From a virus (Duplodnaviria > Caudoviricetes), in IMG/VR virus record IMGVR_UViG_3300047511_000315, positions 1 to 35,262 of that record: DNA of 35,262 bases; one strand, 5' to 3'. The notes under the pieces are model-generated. The model saw only the letters and a list, made by a program, of their open reading frames with translations. It was not told the DNA's origin and ran no database searches. Of the stretch, positions 9,983 to 18,028 are shown piece after piece. Every line of letters begins with the position of its first letter. Position 1 is the stretch's first letter. A program made the translations under genes and the position numbers.

Positions 9983-11497
9983 TTATGGGCAATCTTCTTC
10001 ACATTCAGGTAAAGATGCATATGTACCTCCGGGTCCTTGTACTAGAACACACACGCCATCAACGCAGTTGTAAGATGTTGCTCCTATTAAAACAATCGTA
10101 TCTATCGGGCATGTTATAGTTGATGGACCATATGTAAGTGTTGTAATTATATTATAAGTTCTATCCACAATACCACCACTAAATGAATAATTAATTGTTG
10201 TAGATTGATTTGTTAAAGTAACACTTCCAATCGGAAGTCCTGTTACAGTATCAATAGCAACAATAGTATAAATAGCAGATGTACCTAAAGTATTAGTAAT
10301 AAGAATATTAATTAAATTACTGTCAGATGTAACTAATTTAGTTGGACAAGGTAAATTTATAGGTATAATTGCGGTTTTTACTTCAGAGCATGTGCTCGAT
10401 CCATCAGATACACAAAAAGGAATAGAAAGTGTAATTGCTTGATTTATATTTAAGCCGGTCAAAGAAACATTTGCTGTAGTTGAGGTAGCTTTTAAACTTG
10501 AAATATTAAGATTCTGAGTCACTGATGTACCATAATAATCAGTGAGTGTAACTACGGTAACACCGTTGCAATCTGTAAAGCCAGCTGGAATTGTAGAATT
10601 ATTAAAATTAAGAGTCAAAACAGAAGGTAAGTCACCACCACCAAGTTGATAAGAAAATTCAAAATCAACAGCTGAACATCCAGTGGTACAACAGTTTTCT
10701 TTTATGTTTGAAACAGCAGAATATAAATCACAAAGAACCAACCATTGATTTATATTTGATTCTGCTAAAGTTGCTGGTGAAGTAACCCAGCCTGGAGATG
10801 AAGAATATGTACCGGGTGCACTTAACCGATTAGTATTTCCAAATATACATTGTGTAGATATAGCCGTATTTACTAATGATACATTTCCAACAGCATTTCT
10901 AAAACTGCAAAAATCATATTCAAGAGCCAAAACAAGTTGCGAAATAGGAACTAATGTTGAAGGAAATAAACAACTTGATATTACAGATGGTCCTTGAGGA
11001 TCAGATTCTGTACAAGGTAACACGCAAGCTTCTAAAGTTGTAACTCTGGCCGTAAGAGCTGTTAAAGCTGTTTGTAATGTAGTTATACTAGTAAGTATAT
11101 CACAAATCTTAGTTCCTAATAAAATAGCAAAATCTCTAATAGGAAGAGATAACGCCGGATTAGGTGGTGAATTTTGTAAACAAACAGGTACAGTTATAGG
11201 AGCTATAGGCGTTGCCGGTGTAATATCACATAAATATGTGATAATTGCTTGCAAAATACCATTTAAGGTAAGAGGTGTATTTGCGGGTAAGCAGTCTAAA
11301 CTTAGACTTGTAACATCTGGATTGCACTCACAAGTAGCATCAATAAGATCACAAAGCTCTGTGGCTAATTTAGCAATAACGTCACTTACAGTGTCCCCAG
11401 TACATAAATTAATACATGGAATATCCGGACCCTGCCAAATTACACAATTTGATGAAATTGGTGCGCAAGGTCCGGTACTTTGGTTTACAGGTATCAT
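9983..11497 (-). CDS. Cys-rich structural (fibre/spike-like) protein with coiled coil
   Basis: 504 aa. PISSNCVIWQGPDIPC N-terminus, heptad segment ITTLQTALTALTARVTTLE, beta-rich middle, and a C-terminal YNCVDGVC...GTYASLPECEEDC module. Confidence 0.6.
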   Translation of the reverse strand: MIPVNQSTGPCAPISSNCVIWQGPDIPCINLCTGDTVSDVIAKLATELCDLIDATCECNPDVTSLSLDCLPANTPLTLNGILQAIITYLCDITPATPIAPITVPVCLQNSPPNPALSLPIRDFAILLGTKICDILTSITTLQTALTALTARVTTLEACVLPCTESDPQGPSVISSCLFPSTLVPISQLVLALEYDFCSFRNAVGNVSLVNTAISTQCIFGNTNRLSAPGTYSSSPGWVTSPATLAESNINQWLVLCDLYSAVSNIKENCCTTGCSAVDFEFSYQLGGGDLPSVLTLNFNNSTIPAGFTDCNGVTVVTLTDYYGTSVTQNLNISSLKATSTTANVSLTGLNINQAITLSIPFCVSDGSSTCSEVKTAIIPINLPCPTKLVTSDSNLINILITNTLGTSAIYTIVAIDTVTGLPIGSVTLTNQSTTINYSFSGGIVDRTYNIITTLTYGPSTITCPIDTIVLIGATSYNCVDGVCVLVQGPGGTYASLPECEEDCP

Positions 11498-11532
11498 AAA
11501 TCTTTAATTTTAATAAACAAGTTGTATATACT

Positions 11533-11580
11533 ATAATATACAAAATGTTTACCACCCAAACAAATATTTTGGGTGGTAAA
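11533..11580 (-). promoter_or_regulatory. TTTG-N20-TATATTAT promoter overlapped by a 13-bp hairpin
   Basis: TATATTAT at 11540-11533 and TTTG at 11564-11561. Inverted repeat tttaccacccaaa/tttgggtggtaaa spans 11548-11580. Confidence 0.6.
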
Positions 11581-11600
11581 ATAAAATTAAAAATTTAAAG

Positions 11601-11924
11601 TTAAATGTTAGTAGGAGAAGGATTTTTTGTAATTTTCCCATCCTCTAAAGAAATGTTTACCTCTCCGTATTTCTCTTGGAGTCTGGCAACTAAAGTATCA
11701 TAAGCAGTTTTTACATCAGCCAATTTAGAAATTGCCTCTTGTTTGCTTAGTTCAATAGTAGCAAAAGTAACAAGGTGATTCTGATAAAGTGCATTAGTGT
11801 TCTTAAGTTCTTCTAGCTCTTCAGAGCTAAGTCTTTCAATTTCTTCAAAAGAAATGTTTTCGGCTACTTCTAGGTTTGTATTTTTCATCATTTCCTGGGT
11901 TTTTAGGTTTGGTTTTTTACTCAT
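11601..11924 (-). CDS. Small coiled-coil protein, possible fibre assembly chaperone
   Basis: 107 aa, acidic and helical, ending LQEKYGEVNISLEDGKI; lies downstream of the fibre genes. Confidence 0.45.
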   Translation of the reverse strand: MSKKPNLKTQEMMKNTNLEVAENISFEEIERLSSEELEELKNTNALYQNHLVTFATIELSKQEAISKLADVKTAYDTLVARLQEKYGEVNISLEDGKITKNPSPTNI

Positions 11925-11935
11925 GAGTTTGGGGG

Positions 11936-12358
11936 TTAAAGGGATATAATTAAAAATATTACTCTATAATTAAAATTTGTTTCCAAATTATTAAAATCTT
12001 CAATTTTAAAATCGTAGTGTTCCACTTCAATTTCTTTAGAAATTACATCAATCCAATCTTTAACAAACGTTTGATAATCAGTGTTTTCTAAAACTTTTCC
12101 GTCATCTTCAATAGTAGGTTCAATAACAAAATTATTATTATTATCTAAAGTACCATATTTGCGTACAAGATCTAATCTTATTGATTCACTTTTAGTGAAT
12201 TCATCTAGTGCAATTCCAGAAACCTTTGATAAATAATACCTAAGTTTAAAAGGTAGTTTCTCACTAAGTAATCCTGGAAAACCATTGGGAATACCAGTCA
12301 ATTCAACATGCAGTTCTCTAAGATCCTGAACAGAAAGTGTTGTTCTTTTAGTTTGCAT
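11936..12358 (-). CDS. Helical phage protein (DUF1617-like), possible fibre chaperone
   Basis: 140 aa with KLPFKLRYYLSKV...RLDLVRKYG pattern; follows the fibre genes. Confidence 0.45.
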   Translation of the reverse strand: MQTKRTTLSVQDLRELHVELTGIPNGFPGLLSEKLPFKLRYYLSKVSGIALDEFTKSESIRLDLVRKYGTLDNNNNFVIEPTIEDDGKVLENTDYQTFVKDWIDVISKEIEVEHYDFKIEDFNNLETNFNYRVIFLIISL

Positions 12359-12373
12359 TTTTCTATTTTTTTA

Positions 12374-12405
12374 CAAATGTAAAATAAAATTTGTAAACAT
12401 CCAAA
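12374..12405 (-). promoter_or_regulatory. Canonical Bacteroidota housekeeping-sigma promoter
   Basis: TTTG (12405-12402), 20-nt spacer, TACATTTG (12381-12374): exact match to the -33 TTTG / -7 TAnnTTTG consensus. Confidence 0.75.
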
Positions 12406-12410
12406 TAAAA

Positions 12411-12731
12411 TTAAATGATATCTACAATTTCAAACTCAGCATCCGGGTATCTATTTTGTAAACCATCTAAAACTAATTTAGTTACTTCAAATAAAAACTT
12501 ATCACTAATAGTTTTTGCTTTGTTAGTTTTATCAAAACTGCCAGAATCAACATAAATTGGAATACATTCCAGATGATAATTACCTTCTTTGTAATATTCT
12601 TTAGAAGGATACATGTAGCAGTCTACAGGAATAGACCCGCCGTCTGCAGCAAGGCGTGGCACCAGACGAAAATAAGGGTTCTGATAGGTCCCATGGTTGT
12701 GCACAATAGAAGATGTAGCTTGAATGGCCAT
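12411..12731 (-). CDS. Hypothetical protein, fibre-associated
   Basis: 106-aa ORF (MAIQAT...) downstream of the 588-aa fibre gene. Confidence 0.6.
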   Translation of the reverse strand: MAIQATSSIVHNHGTYQNPYFRLVPRLAADGGSIPVDCYMYPSKEYYKEGNYHLECIPIYVDSGSFDKTNKAKTISDKFLFEVTKLVLDGLQNRYPDAEFEIVDII

Positions 12732-12743
12732 AAGGTTTGTTTT

Positions 12744-12911
12744 TTAAGGTTTGTGAGTTTTAAGTTTTTCAAGTGCTTCTGCAGCAGTAAGCTGCCTAGC
12801 GTCTTTAAAAAGTTTGGTAGCTTCTTCTATGTTGAGCGTTATCACAGGCACACCGCTTTGACGGATGCGCTCCAGTTGCTCTTCAGAAGGATTATGGATA
12901 GTATGGTACAT
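12744..12911 (-). CDS. Short 55-aa ORF missed by the track
   Basis: MYHTIHNPSEEQLERIRQSGVPVITLNIEEATKLFKDARQLTAAEALEKLKTHKP*. It fills the apparent gap and overlaps the last 20 nt of the fibre gene. Confidence 0.55.
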   Translation of the reverse strand: MYHTIHNPSEEQLERIRQSGVPVITLNIEEATKLFKDARQLTAAEALEKLKTHKP

Positions 12912-14658
12912 AGCAAGGAACTAAAACAATAGTGCCATTAAGTTTGATCTCCATCCAGTAGTCAGGTGTGCCTAGTGCGTTGTTGTCTGATGTGTTTCCA
13001 TAAATTTTGTTCAGACTTCCACTTGGTGTATACTCAAGTGGTGCACCATTATACTGTGCTGCATCAATTCGAATGTATTTACCAGTTGATGGTTCTGATG
13101 ACAAGTGTATCCACTCTGTAGGATCAACATGAATACCTACACCTGTGGCATCTGCGCGCAATCTTCTGGTGCCGTTGGTTGCAAGTGCAATGGCGTCTGT
13201 AGCAGGAAAATAAATTCCAGTGTTCGTATCAGAGCTGTTAAGACCTGCAGAAATAGAAGGTAAACTAACTGTACCAGCGCGTACTCTGATCTGACCATCG
13301 TCCATGACTGTCAGAGCTTCTGTACCTGCAGAGTTTTCTACTCTCAAGGTAGCTGTTGACGATGTAGCTCCTATCCCTCTGATCTGCATCCTGGTGTTTG
13401 AAGCTTCTGAAGCGCCCATTCCTACACTTATAACACCATCTATGCCAGAGATGTAGATAATCCTGCCAGCTGTAGTAGATCCTGCCTGAAAAAAAATATC
13501 AGAATTTCCACCAGCACTACCGGTGCTGTTGGCAATAAAACCAAGCTTGCGATCGCCAACAGAATTAATTAGAAATGTGTCCTGAAGAGAGGAGTTAGCA
13601 TAGATTGCATTGACGTAGTTAATCTGACCCATGGCACTGTTGGCAGCGTCATATATAGTCAGTCCATTGAGTGCATTAGAAGTGTTGGATGTGTTTCTGA
13701 TGTTGACACCCTGAAATGTATTATCAGCATAGGTAAACGTAGGTACACCGCTGCTGTTGATGTTCATTCTTTCAACACCTGCCGTTGCTATGCTGATGCT
13801 GTCAGCTGCAGGAAAGTAAATACCAGTGTTTGTGTCAGAGCTGTTCAGCCCCGCACTGATGGCAGGTAATGCAGCAGTTCCTGCAAGCACATTGATCCTG
13901 CCATTAGAGTCTATCCGCATTGCCTCTACACCACCTTCCACAAATCCAATGGTATCTGCCGCGGGAAAATAGATTCCAGTATTGGTGTCAGAGCTACTCA
14001 GACCCGCTGAGATAACAGGTGCAGATACAGTTCCTGCAGTAAACCTGATTTGACCTGCCTGGTCAACGCGAATCCTTTCTGTGGCACCTGTGTACCAGCG
14101 AAACGTACCAGAAGTACTGCTGCTAGGTATGGAAAACCACAAGCTGGGCACACCGCTGTCAGAACTAAACCCAATGGCTGTATCTACTGCACTGGCACTT
14201 ACAGAAGGATTTAGAACTAGTTTGGTTCCTACACTTCTTGTAGTAACCGTTGGCGCACCTGCACCGTTTGCGTTAAAGTCAATCCTGTTGCCTGTAGCAC
14301 CGTTCAGATAAAGCTGACCACCTCCTGTAGCAGTGTCATTTGCTTTGGTGGAAACAATCTGCGCTGCCTGGTCAATAGCAATTGTGCCAGACGTAGTGAT
14401 TGTGCCTCCGGTAAGTCCTGTGCCTGCTGTAATGCTGGTGACAGTTCCACTACCACCACCACCACCGGTTCCAAGTGGTCCAACTGTAACGCCATTAATT
14501 CTTACAAACAGTCCTGTACTAGTAGTCCACATGTCACCATCCGCAGGTCCACTGGGAGCAGTGCCATGTGGAAGTCTAATAGATGCATTACTAGTAGTAC
14601 AAGCTGGTGCAATCAATAGACCAGAAAAATCAGCACTAGAAAGGATTCTAAGAGGCAT
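12892..14658 (-). CDS. Tail fibre / receptor-binding protein
   Basis: 588 aa, G/S/T/A-rich. GTVTSITAGTGLTGGTITTSGTIAID motif, repeated ER(M/I)R(I/V)DxxG units, three DTNTGIYFPA repeats. Confidence 0.8.
   Translation of the reverse strand: MPLRILSSADFSGLLIAPACTTSNASIRLPHGTAPSGPADGDMWTTSTGLFVRINGVTVGPLGTGGGGGSGTVTSITAGTGLTGGTITTSGTIAIDQAAQIVSTKANDTATGGGQLYLNGATGNRIDFNANGAGAPTVTTRSVGTKLVLNPSVSASAVDTAIGFSSDSGVPSLWFSIPSSSTSGTFRWYTGATERIRVDQAGQIRFTAGTVSAPVISAGLSSSDTNTGIYFPAADTIGFVEGGVEAMRIDSNGRINVLAGTAALPAISAGLNSSDTNTGIYFPAADSISIATAGVERMNINSSGVPTFTYADNTFQGVNIRNTSNTSNALNGLTIYDAANSAMGQINYVNAIYANSSLQDTFLINSVGDRKLGFIANSTGSAGGNSDIFFQAGSTTAGRIIYISGIDGVISVGMGASEASNTRMQIRGIGATSSTATLRVENSAGTEALTVMDDGQIRVRAGTVSLPSISAGLNSSDTNTGIYFPATDAIALATNGTRRLRADATGVGIHVDPTEWIHLSSEPSTGKYIRIDAAQYNGAPLEYTPSGSLNKIYGNTSDNNALGTPDYWMEIKLNGTIVLVPCYVPYYP
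13200..14040 (-). repeat. Three diverged intragenic repeats AGTxxxPxISAGLxSSDTNTGIYFPA
   Basis: Copies at about 13200-13280, 13805-13885 and 13960-14040. The protein motif is conserved while the DNA differs mostly at third codon positions. Confidence 0.85.
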
Positions 14659-14672
14659 ATATAATTTTAATG

Positions 14673-14714
14673 TAAATATAAAACAGGTACCTTAAAAAAA
14701 GTACCTGTTTTATA
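14673..14714 (-). terminator. 14-bp inverted repeat between fibre genes, overlapping a TATATTTA -7-like box
   Basis: tataaaacaggtac-N10-gtacctgttttata at 14677-14714; TATATTTA at 14680-14673. Confidence 0.6.
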
Positions 14715-14727
14715 AAATATTAGAATA

Positions 14728-16695
14728 TTAGTCAACCCTAAGAATACTAACCCTAAGGGTATTAGCATTTTGGCTAGCAGCAAAACTAAATGAGAGAGAA
14801 TTATTATCAGTAAAAACAGTGTCCGCAAGAACTAACTCTTTTCCAGCTCCAGCTTCTCTAAGAGTAACAATAAGATTCTCACTATTCAAGTTATGAGTAA
14901 CAGACCAACTATTTGCAGTACTAGACGGGCCTTGGGCACTAAATGATTTAAGAGCAATAGTTGGGTTACCACTAACACCATCGCCATTACTAACAGTAAT
15001 ACCACCACCATATCCGGCACCTTGGCTAGTAGGGGCACTACCAGTGCCCGCAATAGTCCTATTTGTAACAGTGCCATTTCCGTTCCTGACAACAAAACCA
15101 TTTGCGGCAAGATTATGCAAAGACAAAACATTACCTGTGGCAAGCGAAATAGTATTACTAGTAATATCAATACCAGTTCCAGCTGTAAATGAACCAGCAG
15201 AACTAAACTGAACAAAAGTAATATTTGTAGTACCTATAGTAGCACCAGCATCTGTTGTACAAACAAAACCTCTATCTTGATTAGTGGTACCTGTCTCAAC
15301 AAATGTAAATGCACCGGGAATCTCAGTATTCACATCAAAGTCAGTAGCACGTGTAAGTACTGGACTTACACCAGGACCACCAACAGTGGTAACTGTATAA
15401 ATACCATTTTGAGCTGCAGTACTTTGATCTTTAACTAATAGACGGTCACCTATAGTATTAACAGAAACACCATCAATACTCAAAGCACCTTGGAAAGTAA
15501 CAGTCAAAGTTGCACCAACTCCTGAGGATCCGTTAGCATAAGTACCAGCTATATTTGCCGTAGTGGCAGCTTTTACAGAAGCTTTAACATCAAGACCTTG
15601 GGCAACACCGTCAACATATTGTTTATTAGCAGCATCAGTGGCAGCGGTAGGGTCAGCAACGTTAGTAATCTTTTTAGAAGCAACATCAACAGAACCTGTT
15701 CCAGTAGGAACTAAGTTCACATTGTTGTTTCCAGCCGCAGAAGTAAATGTAAGAGCGCCAGTACCCGTAATAGAACCCGAATTAGTTCCAGTACCACCGC
15801 TGGCTACAGGTAAAGTGCCTGTTACTGCGGCTCCTTGACTAAGGTTAAGCGCACCAAACGCAGGTACTCCACCAGCACCCGCTAACAAAACCTGATGTTG
15901 TGAACCAGCTGCAGTTACTGACAAAGCATTGCCAGCACTGCCATATAAAATACCATTTGCTGTAAAAGAGGTTTGACCAGTACCACCACGAGCTACAGTT
16001 AAAGTACCAGTTGTTCCGCCAACAATAGGTAAATTTGTACCGTTTGTCAAAATTACATTACTAGGTGTACCAAGATTCGGAGTTGTAAGAACAGGACTAT
16101 TGGAATAAACCAACGCGTCACTTCCCGTAGCTGAGTAACTCCCCTCATACAAAATATTCCATCCTTCATTTTCAGCGCCAGTAGTTGTAGTACAAACAAA
16201 TCTGACTATTTGGCCTCCAGCTACCGGTCCAAGTGATATAGGACCAACAGCACTAACGTTCACATCGCCTTGTGAGTTGTCATTAATAATAGCAACAGAC
16301 CAACCTACATATAATGTAGCAATAGATGGTAATGTAAGAGCTTGGGTTGCAGTTCCAGTAAAAACTTGCCTACTTGCACTAGCCGAAGTAAGAGTAACAG
16401 CAGTACCTGATTTGGCAGTAGACGCATAACCTACAGTAGCATTAGTAACTGTAACCGTACTAGTTCCACTTACACTAATACCATTACCCGCTGTAATACT
16501 TGTAACACCAGCAGAACTAACCCAAGTAGTACCATTATAAAAGAACAGGTCATTACTAACATTATTGTAATAAATCTGACCTGCTACTGGTGAGGCTGGG
16601 GCGCTAGCTAAAGGATCAACCACTGCATTCTGCAGTTTGTTCTTTTGCATATCAATATCAAACGACTGAATATGCGATAAAATTCTTAGTGACAT
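14728..16695 (-). CDS. Tail fibre protein
   Basis: 655 aa. GTLxVAxGGTG repeats, KITNVADPTAATDAANKQYVD and GDRLLVKDQSTAAQNGIY motifs, and a C-terminal WSVTHNL domain. Confidence 0.8.
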   Translation of the reverse strand: MSLRILSHIQSFDIDMQKNKLQNAVVDPLASAPASPVAGQIYYNNVSNDLFFYNGTTWVSSAGVTSITAGNGISVSGTSTVTVTNATVGYASTAKSGTAVTLTSASASRQVFTGTATQALTLPSIATLYVGWSVAIINDNSQGDVNVSAVGPISLGPVAGGQIVRFVCTTTTGAENEGWNILYEGSYSATGSDALVYSNSPVLTTPNLGTPSNVILTNGTNLPIVGGTTGTLTVARGGTGQTSFTANGILYGSAGNALSVTAAGSQHQVLLAGAGGVPAFGALNLSQGAAVTGTLPVASGGTGTNSGSITGTGALTFTSAAGNNNVNLVPTGTGSVDVASKKITNVADPTAATDAANKQYVDGVAQGLDVKASVKAATTANIAGTYANGSSGVGATLTVTFQGALSIDGVSVNTIGDRLLVKDQSTAAQNGIYTVTTVGGPGVSPVLTRATDFDVNTEIPGAFTFVETGTTNQDRGFVCTTDAGATIGTTNITFVQFSSAGSFTAGTGIDITSNTISLATGNVLSLHNLAANGFVVRNGNGTVTNRTIAGTGSAPTSQGAGYGGGITVSNGDGVSGNPTIALKSFSAQGPSSTANSWSVTHNLNSENLIVTLREAGAGKELVLADTVFTDNNSLSFSFAASQNANTLRVSILRVD

Positions 16696-16713
16696 AATTT
16701 TTTATTTGAAAGT

Positions 16714-17250
16714 TTAAGATAAATAGGCAGTTCCTGCCATTGGGATTATAAATGTTATTGTTATAGTGTTTAAATTTACATAAGATATTTGTGCCATAAT
16801 ATCATCACCAGATAAATCTTCTATTGCTACATTTGGATATTTATCTAAGTTATGAACTATAGTCCAAAGCGCTGATGGTGTAGGTTGTGTAAAAACAAAA
16901 GAATCTGGTTTTATGTTTTGTATTTCATCTTGTATAACGTTTAATTGATTTAAAATGTTAATTAAAACTTTATTGTCAGGACATACTGTGACTTGAGGGC
17001 AGGTTTCATCTGTGCATGCTGTATTAACCACACTTGTTCCAACAAGTCCCACATTTACAATGTTTGGAACACCGCCGGAACAACTTGACTCACAAGGTGA
17101 AATATCTTGCCAATCACAAATTTGCTTTTTAACTTTTAATTTTTCTAAATCAATATAACAGCATGAGGCAATACCATACTTCTTTTCTTTGAAGCTCCTG
17201 TAAACAGCCTCTCCAAAATTTTTTTCTGTTTGTATTGTCTTTGCACTCAT
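16714..17250 (-). CDS. Fibre-anchoring structural protein (178 aa), C-terminal WTIVHNL domain
   Basis: More likely start is MSAKTIQ at 17250, 1 nt after the stop of the 39-aa ORF. Cys-rich N-half; C-terminal FVFTQPTPSALWTIVHNLDKYPNV...GTAYLS. Confidence 0.6.
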   Translation of the reverse strand: MSAKTIQTEKNFGEAVYRSFKEKKYGIASCCYIDLEKLKVKKQICDWQDISPCESSCSGGVPNIVNVGLVGTSVVNTACTDETCPQVTVCPDNKVLINILNQLNVIQDEIQNIKPDSFVFTQPTPSALWTIVHNLDKYPNVAIEDLSGDDIMAQISYVNLNTITITFIIPMAGTAYLS

Positions 17251-17251
17251 T

Positions 17252-17371
17252 TTATTTCTTTTTGCTTTTTTCATAATCAGATAAACAAGTCTTATGAACA
17301 AGACTTCCATCTTGAGCAGTTGCCTTCTGGCAACCGCAAGAAAAACCTTTTTCGCAATGTTTACAATTCAT
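17252..17371 (-). CDS. 39-aa Cys-rich mini-protein missed by the track
   Basis: MNCKHCEKGFSCGCQKATAQDGSLVHKTCLSDYEKSKKK*. Tiles between neighbouring genes with 5-nt and 1-nt gaps. Confidence 0.7.
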   Translation of the reverse strand: MNCKHCEKGFSCGCQKATAQDGSLVHKTCLSDYEKSKKK

Positions 17372-17376
17372 AGTTT

Positions 17377-17931
17377 TTATTTACAGCCGCAGCTTTTGCA
17401 AATTATTTTATCTAACCTTTTAAGAGCATAATTATACATATCCATACCTTTAGATGGGCTGCTGCAATATTCAACATTAGCAACGGCCCCATCTATTACA
17501 GTTTTAATGTATTGTAATTCTTTAATCAAATCAGCTTTATCAGAAAATGGTTCACAATTATTAAGATCAAGGCAGCAAAGAGTTTTGTAATAAGCATTTA
17601 AAATATTTGTAATTCTTAAATGATTGTATTCAACATACACTTTATCATTTGGAGCAACGCTATATCTTATCACATAAACACCATCTGATAATGGTGCTCT
17701 TTGCTCATTACAACCCGTGGTTTGTATTCCTAAATCACAAGCGTTTAAGTTTATAAAAAACCCCGGAGTTGTTTGAACTAAAATTGAAGACGTAAATCCT
17801 GGTAAAGTAATTAAAACTTGTGTACAATCTATAGGTAATAAATTAGAATACGTACTAGTATCTCTTATAGACAAAATTTCACAGTTAGCTACTGTAGGAA
17901 CTTCTAAGCTTAAGATGTGCTTACTAGACAT
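17377..17931 (-). CDS. Structural protein, probable tail hub/collar
   Basis: 184 aa with LSDGVYVIRYSVAPN and C-terminal CKSCGCK; position matches crAss-like tail hub genes. Confidence 0.5.
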   Translation of the reverse strand: MSSKHILSLEVPTVANCEILSIRDTSTYSNLLPIDCTQVLITLPGFTSSILVQTTPGFFINLNACDLGIQTTGCNEQRAPLSDGVYVIRYSVAPNDKVYVEYNHLRITNILNAYYKTLCCLDLNNCEPFSDKADLIKELQYIKTVIDGAVANVEYCSSPSKGMDMYNYALKRLDKIICKSCGCK

Positions 17932-17950
17932 TTAATAGATTATTACAATT

Positions 17951-17981
17951 ATAATATAATGAAAAAAAAAGATAAATCAAA
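17951..17981 (-). promoter_or_regulatory. TTTG-N19-TATATTAT promoter
   Basis: TTTG at 17981-17978 and TATATTAT at 17958-17951. Confidence 0.6.
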
Positions 17982-18012
17982 AAAAAAGGTGAGTAAATTC
18001 TCACCTTTTTTT
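17979..18012. terminator. Bidirectional intrinsic terminator
   Basis: A-run, aggtgag-taaatt-ctcacct, T-run. Confidence 0.8.
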
Positions 18013-18028
18013 CTAATTTTACATTTTA

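Noticed and set aside
13200-14040. Diversity-generating retroelement TR/VR pair in the fibre repeats
   Set aside because: All copies are in-frame coding repeats differing mainly at synonymous positions rather than only at adenines, and there is no reverse transcriptase in the window.
17251-17310. Track start (17310) of the 198-aa ORF; similarly starts at 32573 and 35155
   Set aside because: The extensions overlap better-supported genes or promoters; downstream ATGs at 17250, 32510 and 35065 give clean gene tiling.
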